Shown here one piece after another: positions 57,212 through 64,000 of a DNA stretch of 64,000 nt (position 1 is its first letter; the number at the start of each line of letters is the position of its first letter). The notes beneath the pieces are model-generated. The model saw only the letters and a program-made list of their open reading frames with translations. It had not been told where the DNA came from and did no database searches. The position numbers and the translations under genes were made by a program. Origin of the DNA: a candidate division WOR-3 bacterium (lineage in GTDB: Bacteria > SDB-A); the NCBI GenBank assembly GCA_016934535.1, contig JAFGSQ010000056.1, positions 1-64,000 on the forward strand. The letters run 5' to 3'.

Positions 57212-57476
57212 ATGAGAAATTTATTTTAGCAAATTATTGAGCTAATGGAATTATCTTATTATGTTTTTATAAAACAATTAATGAACACTGAAAGAAGAAA
57301 CAGAATAAAATGCGCACGAAGATCGAAATAAATCTCGATATCACGAAGAGTCAAATCATGTCGATTTGCCCTGCGCGAAGGTGAAGAATAAGAGAAATAA
57401 TATTTTTCTTTTAAAATTTGTATCTCAAATTTTATAACTTCGTGGTAGAAATTTTCTTTTTTATTTGATTTTTTCT

Positions 57477-57815
57477 TCAGCAGGTCAGATGTATAGCCGC
57501 GGCGGTTTTATATAGCACGCTTGTTTCGTTGAATTTTGCGACGGCTGACTTTGAGTCCAGCACGTGAAGCATACAGCCCGTGGCGTTGAAGAATTCTGCG
57601 AGATTTTTGTCAACTTTCATCATGCCGAAACATCCGGTGCCAACGACCAGACATTCCGGTTTAAAATCCACTATATCCCCGGCGTCGGCCAGAGAAAACA
57701 TATGACCTTCCGATCTTATCCAAGGGCTTAAAACGGCGTCTCCGAGAATGACGACGTCTTTTCTGTACTTTTTTGAATCTATTGTGATTTCTCCGAAAAC
57801 ATATTTTTCTATCAA
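57477..57815 (-). CDS. Mth938-like domain protein
   Basis: YVFGEITID, LVVGTG..GMM, AVAKFN, AAIHLTC. Confidence 0.88.
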   Translation of the reverse strand: MIEKYVFGEITIDSKKYRKDVVILGDAVLSPWIRSEGHMFSLADAGDIVDFKPECLVVGTGCFGMMKVDKNLAEFFNATGCMLHVLDSKSAVAKFNETSVLYKTAAAIHLTC

Positions 57816-59353
57816 TTTCTTTTTCCCAGATAAAAAGAATAAAAACCTTCGGCTAAAAGAAGAAAAATAAGTATATACGTCAAAAAAGGACTCATGTCGA
57901 AAAGAGCGCTTTTTTTTACAAGAGAAGTCATTTCATCGAGAGAGCACGATTTCGACGAGGCGAAATCATCATTTAAATAATCGGACGCCCGTTCTTCGTC
58001 CGGAACGAAAGGGGAGATCGAATGGCTTTCCCCGGATCCAAGCGCGAGATTCAGCAACAAAACGGGAAAGTTTTTCAGCGAGAAAATTGTCGAGTTTTCC
58101 GGACTGAATGCGAATACGAAATTATTTCCGCATTTTATCAGGGCCGGATTGCCGTCTTCAAATCTGTTTATGACTGAATGAGAATTTGCTAAGTCTTTCG
58201 GAGGGGTCAGCAAGACTTTATACAAAACTGTCGTACCGAGAAAACCTGTTAAACCCTGACGGATCACCGCAGGTTTATCCGGCAAAGGGGACGATGATAC
58301 CCCGGTAAGAACCTCGACGTAATTTCCCAGTTTTGATGCGTCGTCGAGAAAAACGAAGACTTTGACTTCACCTGAGCCGGGAAGCGTAAAATCAAGAAAC
58401 TCAGATTCGTCTATGAAGGCGATGGAAGCGCTTTCGGGAAAAAAAGTTTTGACGGCTTTTCCTTCGGGGAATACTGAAAAAATTCTTCTGAATATCTCTT
58501 CATTGTTAGAAAATATTTTTATTTGGTTTTTTGAATGCAAAATTACAAATAAACTGTCGGCCGTTGAGGAAATTAAAACCGTATCGGATGATGAGCTGAC
58601 AAACAAAGGCAGGAAAATACCGTCTTCGGCTTCTACAACGGTGTCGGTTTTCTGGGAATGAACCCCGGCGTAAAACCCAGGGTTTGTCGAGAGAAATATG
58701 TAAGCGGTGTCATCGCTGAGAAACCATTCGGGAAGAATTACGGATTTCACGGCAAAAACGTATTGGGAGTCGGGAAATGTTACGGCGTCAAAATCCTCGC
58801 AAAGCGATTCCATGCCCCTCCATGAAATTTTCTGTCTGTCTGTAATCAGCAGTGGTTCACCGCACCCCATTTCACGGCACAGTAGAAGCGAAAAAGGTAT
58901 ATCGGCTGAACCGTCTATTTCGCGTGGACAAAACACTGATCTGTCAAAAGCGTCTTCATCAATAAAATCGGTCTGTCCTTTACCCGTGACGCAGACCCCT
59001 GATACGTAATCGAGAAGTCCTGAAAATTCTTTTTCGTATATTCCGCTTCTTGTGACGCTTTCAGATATGTCCGCAACGACAGCGACCTGGGAAATCGTCC
59101 TGCTGAAAGGAAATTTTATTTTTGTCGCCGGCCGGGAAAAAGCCGCTGCCGTGCAAAAAATAACAAGTATTCTCAAAATGAGCTGAATCAGTTCTCTCAA
59201 ACGGAATTTTTTCTTAAGCGGGACACCCGAGTCCTTTATGAGGCAGGCGGCTGGAAAGAGAATCTCTTTTTTACCGAATTTTCTCATCAGATGAAAAATG
59301 ACTGGGAATACAGCGGCTGAGGATATCAGCAAATAGAGAGGGTTTATTAACAT
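57812..59353 (-). CDS. BatA (aerotolerance regulator N-terminal) domain protein
   Basis: NPLYLL..PVIFHL..FP..LILRIL..AFSRP, VADISES, C-terminal TM ending LLAE. Confidence 0.75.
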   Translation of the reverse strand: MLINPLYLLISSAAVFPVIFHLMRKFGKKEILFPAACLIKDSGVPLKKKFRLRELIQLILRILVIFCTAAAFSRPATKIKFPFSRTISQVAVVADISESVTRSGIYEKEFSGLLDYVSGVCVTGKGQTDFIDEDAFDRSVFCPREIDGSADIPFSLLLCREMGCGEPLLITDRQKISWRGMESLCEDFDAVTFPDSQYVFAVKSVILPEWFLSDDTAYIFLSTNPGFYAGVHSQKTDTVVEAEDGIFLPLFVSSSSDTVLISSTADSLFVILHSKNQIKIFSNNEEIFRRIFSVFPEGKAVKTFFPESASIAFIDESEFLDFTLPGSGEVKVFVFLDDASKLGNYVEVLTGVSSSPLPDKPAVIRQGLTGFLGTTVLYKVLLTPPKDLANSHSVINRFEDGNPALIKCGNNFVFAFSPENSTIFSLKNFPVLLLNLALGSGESHSISPFVPDEERASDYLNDDFASSKSCSLDEMTSLVKKSALFDMSPFLTYILIFLLLAEGFYSFYLGKRN

Positions 59354-60441
59354 TTTTCTGAAATTAAAACGGTGTAAAAACCTTTTTCTACTGACGACAC
59401 GTTCTTGAAAATATGCTTCATCCTCTGAGCATACCCGGCCGTTCTGTGGACGACAAAAGCCGCGGTTCCGCCTTTTTTGAGAGATAAAAACGCCTGACCG
59501 AGTATGAAATCGGCAGCGTTGCCTCCGAAATGAGTGGGCGGATTCGAAAGAAAATAATCTGCACTGGCGTAAAGTCTTTCCGGGACTCTGTCATCGAATA
59601 TGACTTCACAGTTGCCGGCCGAATTGATACCTGCATTTTTCCAACTGCATTTGACAGCGATAAGATTATTTTCAATCAAAAAACACTTTTCGGATGTTTT
59701 GGAGAGGCAAATTCCGATTGGTCCGTATCCGCATCCGAAGTCGATCACTGAAGAATATTTTATCGGCGAAACATTTTCAATTAGGTGTTTGGTTCCTTCG
59801 TCAATTTTCTTTCTCGAAAAAACGCCCGGAACGGTTTTAAAGACGTTTTGACCGAAATTGATTTTTCTTGAAAAATCTCCGGGAGTGAAGTTTTTTTTGT
59901 GACAGCACCTGAGGGTCCTGTATCCTCCTGAAATCCCGAGAACTTCGACCTCTTCGAAAAGGTTTTTCAGATATTTTTGATACCATTTTGCGCCGAAATC
60001 TCTTCGGCATATAAAAAAAAGTTTTCCGTTTTCTTTCAGGAAAGAAAGAGAGTTCTCGAACATCGAAATTGTCAGTTCTCTTCCGCCGTGAGGGTCAGGA
60101 TTTACGATGACGGCGTCTGATTTTTCAGAAAGCTTAAATCCGTCTGACAGGACAGGCGTGACGTTATTCAGACAATTGGCCGAAATGTTATCTTTGAGAG
60201 TTCTGTAAGCTGTCAGATTCCATTCAACAGAAACAACTTTATCACAAAATTTAGAAAGAGGAAGCGACACAAAACCAGGTCCCGAGGCGTAGTCTGTAAC
60301 TTTACCCAATTCTTTTTCTTTTTCAAGTTCAGAAAGGATGTACTGGGCCGATTTGGGAGGCTGAGAACAGCCTGCAAATCCAGTCACCGGAATGACGTTT
60401 ATTCCGTATCTTTCGAATTTGACAGGAGTTAACGGCTTCAA
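59347..60441 (-). CDS. RsmC/RlmG-like methyltransferase with tandem SAM-MTase domains
   Basis: DYASGPG; PGVFSRKKIDEGT, IDFGCGYG, SNPPTH; start re-set to the TTGA overlap at 60441. Confidence 0.82.
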   Translation of the reverse strand: MKPLTPVKFERYGINVIPVTGFAGCSQPPKSAQYILSELEKEKELGKVTDYASGPGFVSLPLSKFCDKVVSVEWNLTAYRTLKDNISANCLNNVTPVLSDGFKLSEKSDAVIVNPDPHGGRELTISMFENSLSFLKENGKLFFICRRDFGAKWYQKYLKNLFEEVEVLGISGGYRTLRCCHKKNFTPGDFSRKINFGQNVFKTVPGVFSRKKIDEGTKHLIENVSPIKYSSVIDFGCGYGPIGICLSKTSEKCFLIENNLIAVKCSWKNAGINSAGNCEVIFDDRVPERLYASADYFLSNPPTHFGGNAADFILGQAFLSLKKGGTAAFVVHRTAGYAQRMKHIFKNVSSVEKGFYTVLISEKC

Positions 60442-61232
60442 GACTCTGCCTTCGATTTCACCAAAGTCAGGTAGAGGTCGAGTTTTTCCGGACAATGTTT
60501 TTTTAGCGCCTTTATGTGCTTCCGGATGACGTCTTCGGATTTTCTCGCTAGTGGTCCGGTCTCCGCTTTTTCAGTTCCCATCTTTTCTATGTTGCTGATT
60601 ATGTCGGCTGAAAAAAAAGTGCAAGTCTTCAGGGCGGTCTTTCTGTCAACACCGGATTTTTCAAGAATCTCTGCGGCGTTTTTTATTGATTTTATCATAC
60701 CTTCGACGAGTATAACTGCCGAAGCGTGGTAGAGCGGTAACATATCACCGCGAATTTTTACTGGTCTGGCGCCGATTTTTTTGGCGAGTTCTGAAAAAAC
60801 ATTGAAATACTTGTCCTTGCACGAGATACCGAAGATGAAACCGCTGAAGTCTTCAATTTTGGTATCTACGGCAGGAAATGACATGAAGGGATGAAAAACA
60901 GAAACGCTCTGAATTTTATCGTTGGCCGAGAAAGAAGCGCTGGTGTGGGCTATCAAATGCTTTTTGTTCAAAAATTTGCTTATTTCAGACAGCGCGCCGC
61001 CAATGTCTTTCTCCTGGGTGCATATAATTATCACGTCGCTGTTTTCAGCAAATTTTCCCGAGTCGCGGAAAAGCTGAATTTTCATTTCTTTCAAAAAGTC
61101 GCTGACATAACGGGGAGGCGTTGTTTTTGTTTTTATGGAAACCTGAAAACCTTTTTTCTTAAAAACAGACGCCAGAGTCGTTCCGACTTTTCCGGCGCCT
61201 ATGATCCCTATTCTCTTTTCAGTAATATTCAA
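60438..61232 (-). CDS. Rossmann-like + DUF2520 oxidoreductase (PanG-like)
   Basis: IIGAGKVG, HTSAS, FHPFMSF, LYHASAV, TGPLAR. Confidence 0.88.
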   Translation of the reverse strand: MNITEKRIGIIGAGKVGTTLASVFKKKGFQVSIKTKTTPPRYVSDFLKEMKIQLFRDSGKFAENSDVIIICTQEKDIGGALSEISKFLNKKHLIAHTSASFSANDKIQSVSVFHPFMSFPAVDTKIEDFSGFIFGISCKDKYFNVFSELAKKIGARPVKIRGDMLPLYHASAVILVEGMIKSIKNAAEILEKSGVDRKTALKTCTFFSADIISNIEKMGTEKAETGPLARKSEDVIRKHIKALKKHCPEKLDLYLTLVKSKAES

Positions 61233-61500
61233 CGCGCACCCCTTCTAATATTACGTTTTTGTCGTTTTCGACGAACTTTATCATGGAGTGTATCTGCGGT
61301 TCGACGGAACTCTTGTCGGTTCCGATTATTGCCGCAGAAAGTGTCGCTCTGTTGAAAAAGTCGTGGTTGTCGGTCTCGGCTACGGAGGCGTTGAATTTGT
61401 TTTTAAGTCTTTCCTTTATGCTTCTCACCGCCTGTCTTTTGTCTTTGAGCGAATAAGCCCATTCTATTGACAAAGTAAAATTTACTACGCCGAGACACAT
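61219..61500 (-). CDS. DUF503 (YlxP-like) protein
   Basis: SLKDKR, KNKFNASVAE.D..D. Confidence 0.88.
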   Translation of the reverse strand: MCLGVVNFTLSIEWAYSLKDKRQAVRSIKERLKNKFNASVAETDNHDFFNRATLSAAIIGTDKSSVEPQIHSMIKFVENDKNVILEGVRVEYY

Positions 61501-61580
61501 AAGATTTTACGTCCTTCATTTACGAGGAGCGAGCCATCCGGAATGTTTGAAACACTACGAATGGCCGACTTGAAAAAAAT

Positions 61581-62804
61581 TTATTTTATAAAATCGACTT
61601 TTTCCCTCATCTCTCCTTCGGGAGTGGATAAAGTTATGAAATATGTTCCGTTGATACAGTCGTTTCCAGTGCCGTCGTGTCCGTCCCAGTAAAATGAATG
61701 ATTTCCGGCGTCAAGCATTCCTTCGTTGAGAACTCTTACTTTTGAACCGTTGACGGAATATATTGAAACCGATACGAATTGCGGATATGTCAAACTGATA
61801 TTAATTTCGAGACTGTTGGCGAAAGGATTTGGGAATAATCTTAATACATTTATTCCAGTGTGTTGTTCGACAGGTTCTTCCACTCCGAGACCTGTCTCGT
61901 AAAGTTCAATGAACCTGCACTGTCCGGAATACTTTACTGCAATCTGCGCACCTGTGGCTGAATCGAGCTCGACAACTCCGACAGAACTTGTCGCAAGAAT
62001 GTTGCCGTTTCCGAGTCTGTAAACGCCTCTGGCGCCGCTGAAAGGCAGTGTCCTGAATATAGTTCCGCTCGTGTCAAAATCAGTGACGTTGTTCGCGGAA
62101 AATCCGGCTACCAGAAATTCTCCTGGCTGAACCGGATCGGAAATTATCTGCTCGGGAAAATTAATAGATATAATTTGTTTCACGAAACTCCCCGAAGCGT
62201 CGTAGAGTCTTACGTTGTCTGAAGATCCTTCTATGTCGGCCACAAGAGCGCTTCCGTCCGAGAGGAAAAATATGTCGAAAGGATCTATGGTTCCTGCGGG
62301 GACGAAAAAGCCCGCAGACGAATGAGGACCGCTGAACATGAAAATAGCCTTGTTGCCGGTTCCTCCGCATGTGACGAACAGAGTGTCGTTTCTGAAAGCG
62401 ATTCCCCTGACGTTGTCCAATCCGTCGGAGGCGTCTGCCGCTATGTACAAGAAATTTCCCAGAGAATCGAAAGCGTATACGGCGTCTGATACTTGATCTG
62501 AGAGGAAAATAATATTAGATGGTCCCTGTATGGCGTTGATAGGTGTTTGAAGGTCGTAATTGAGTCCGGTGGGATCGTCTACAATTATGTTTCCGATGTA
62601 TGTTCCGTCGTAGGGCGAAAACATGCCTACTACGTCGGCGTTTGAATCCGGGATAAGAAGAACCGACGCCTTGGGCATAGAAGATTTCTCATAGACTTGT
62701 TTTCCTGTCCAAGGATTGATACCCGACATCTCAGCCTCTTCCTGATTTGCAAAAATCATGATGGGAAGAGACAACAAAAACATGACACTGATTAAACGCT
62801 TCAT
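61581..62804 (-). CDS. secreted beta-propeller protein with T9SS type A/FlgD-Ig C-terminal domain
   Basis: The + strand reads TTATTTTAT at 61581 and CAT+TTTTCCTCC at 62802, so the gene is on the minus strand (track says +). Signal peptide; NHL-like repeats; GVEE..FPNPF..IYSVNG..WDG..GTYF..K. Confidence 0.88.
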   Translation of the reverse strand: MKRLISVMFLLSLPIMIFANQEEAEMSGINPWTGKQVYEKSSMPKASVLLIPDSNADVVGMFSPYDGTYIGNIIVDDPTGLNYDLQTPINAIQGPSNIIFLSDQVSDAVYAFDSLGNFLYIAADASDGLDNVRGIAFRNDTLFVTCGGTGNKAIFMFSGPHSSAGFFVPAGTIDPFDIFFLSDGSALVADIEGSSDNVRLYDASGSFVKQIISINFPEQIISDPVQPGEFLVAGFSANNVTDFDTSGTIFRTLPFSGARGVYRLGNGNILATSSVGVVELDSATGAQIAVKYSGQCRFIELYETGLGVEEPVEQHTGINVLRLFPNPFANSLEINISLTYPQFVSVSIYSVNGSKVRVLNEGMLDAGNHSFYWDGHDGTGNDCINGTYFITLSTPEGEMREKVDFIK

Positions 62805-62881
62805 TTTTCCTCCTTTTTTCGTTACGGTTAATATAATTAATTATAACATAATTACAGGCGTTGAAAAAAGAAACTGAGGTC

Positions 62882-63235
62882 TCAACCACCGAAAATCGTC
62901 TTTCTGAAAATGAAAAAAACGGCGCCGAGAATGCAGAGTCCGGCCCAGAGAAAATCAATGTCGGGTTTTTCTCTGAAATAGAAAACAGAAAAAGGAATGA
63001 AAACGGAAAGTGTTATGACTTCCTGGAGGATTTTAAGCTGTCCTAAGTTCATCGCCTGATGACCAATCCTGTTGGCCGGAACCTGAATAAGGTATTCGAA
63101 AAAAGCGATTGCCCAGCTGGCAATTGAGGCTATTATCCAGGGTTTTTGCGATAAATTTTTGAGGTGTGCATACCAGGCGAAGGTCATAAAGATGTTGCTG
63201 CAGATCAATAGAATTACCGTAATTAAATAATGCAT
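62882..63235 (-). CDS. DMT family small membrane protein (DUF486-like)
   Basis: SNIFMTFAWYAHL, SWAIAFFEY, QVPANRIG, QLKILQEVITL. Confidence 0.9.
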   Translation of the reverse strand: MHYLITVILLICSNIFMTFAWYAHLKNLSQKPWIIASIASWAIAFFEYLIQVPANRIGHQAMNLGQLKILQEVITLSVFIPFSVFYFREKPDIDFLWAGLCILGAVFFIFRKTIFGG

Positions 63236-63351
63236 ATAAAATCCTTTTAGCCGGAAATTATAAGGGATTTTTTATTCCTGCAAAGTATTATTTGCGCCGA
63301 TTTTAATGCGGAGAAAAATTCTTTCTGATAGAATTTCGGCAGAGAGGACGG

Positions 63352-64000
63352 ATGAAAAATTCAATGAAGACAAGAAGGTTAGTCCCAAACATTGTCGAAG
63401 ATTTTTTCCTCAATAAAATACAGTTCAAAGAGTTTGAAGGAGCGGTTTTGTTCCTCGACATTTCCGGCTTCACTTCGACAACGGAAGAGCTGATGAAAAA
63501 CGGAAAAGAAGGCGCTGAGGTACTTTCAAAAATAATAAACGACGTCTTCACTCCGGCGATATCCGCCGTCGAAAGACATTCCGGGTTCGTCCCAGTTTTT
63601 GCAGGAGACGCGTTTTATGCCGTGTTTCCAGCCGGAAAGAAAATTAATAAATCCTCCACAGTGTCCGCTCTTTTAGCCGCCGGCGAGATTGTGAGTGAAT
63701 TCACCGGTTTGAATCCCGTCAAAACCAGGTTTGGAGATTTCGTTTTCTCGCCTAAAATCGCCCTATCGTCTGGTAAAATCATTTTTAAGACAATCGATTG
63801 CGGCGGACGGTACTTGTATTATTTTCAGGGAAAACCGTTTGACGAGACGGCTGAACTGCAAAAAAAATGTGGTGACAATGAAGTTTTGGCGAATACAAAA
63901 ATAAAAAAAGCCGTAAAAACTGACAAAAGATACAAGTTTATAAAGAAAACCGAAAATTTTTTTGCCGCGGATATTAGATTAAAAAAAAACAAAGAGCTGA
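63352..64000 (+). CDS. class III nucleotide cyclase domain protein, soluble-AC-like (partial, runs off window)
   Basis: My translation is open to the window end: VLFLDISGFT..GKEGAEVLS..IN..F..FAGDAF..KIALSSG; SD-like GAGAGGA. Confidence 0.85.
   Translation, partial: MKNSMKTRRLVPNIVEDFFLNKIQFKEFEGAVLFLDISGFTSTTEELMKNGKEGAEVLSKIINDVFTPAISAVERHSGFVPVFAGDAFYAVFPAGKKINKSSTVSALLAAGEIVSEFTGLNPVKTRFGDFVFSPKIALSSGKIIFKTIDCGGRYLYYFQGKPFDETAELQKKCGDNEVLANTKIKKAVKTDKRYKFIKKTENFFAADIRLKKNKEL

Noticed and set aside
57355-57380. c-di-GMP-I riboswitch (minus-strand GCAGGGCAAA)
   Set aside because: Lacks the GNRA-capped P2 and the GACGCAAAGC segment
57281-57384. Tiny + strand ORFs (16 and 24 aa) as leader peptides
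   Set aside because: Opposite strand to hutH, no SD and no His codons
61530-61567. Hairpin between the propeller gene and DUF503 as a terminator
   Set aside because: Imperfect stem without a following U-tract in the transcribed direction
1-64000. CRISPR arrays, tRNAs, IS elements, prophage
   Set aside because: No spaced direct repeats, cloverleaf/T-loop motifs, or transposase, integrase or phage genes were seen by eye

Overview
A gene-dense, moderately AT-rich bacterial chromosome segment, mostly housekeeping. It begins in the 3' part of a 5S rRNA gene. Recognisable genes include nadE, secD-secF-tgt-rlmD, ackA, LPS heptose genes, hisS, mnmG, the rplM-rpsI-rpsB-tsf-pyrH-frr-uppS-cdsA-dxr-rseP-cinA-ddl-hldD cluster, a UvrD-family helicase, rnhC, purA and hutH. 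The organism is diderm. The SprA homologue, T9SS-type C-terminal sorting domains and rplM-rpsI-rpsB-tsf synteny suggest an FCB-related, probably non-Bacteroidota lineage such as WOR-3 (inference only). Most notable: (1) a shortened SprA (T9SS translocon) gene tightly linked to a CxxC peptide/polyferredoxin pair upstream and a class III cyclase-STAND-TPR gene downstream, with two T9SS-type cargo genes elsewhere; (2) an ANKH-like transporter apparently co-transcribed with a divergent PRPP synthetase; (3) candidate structured RNAs upstream of hutH and at 25.6-25.8 kb; (4) a probable CTG start for hisS; (5) a large periplasmic insertion in SecF. The ORF track has one strand error (61581..62804 is on the minus strand) and omits a cyclase ORF running off the right edge. 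I saw no CRISPR array, tRNA, transposase or prophage. All calls come from reading motifs by eye; no searches were run.
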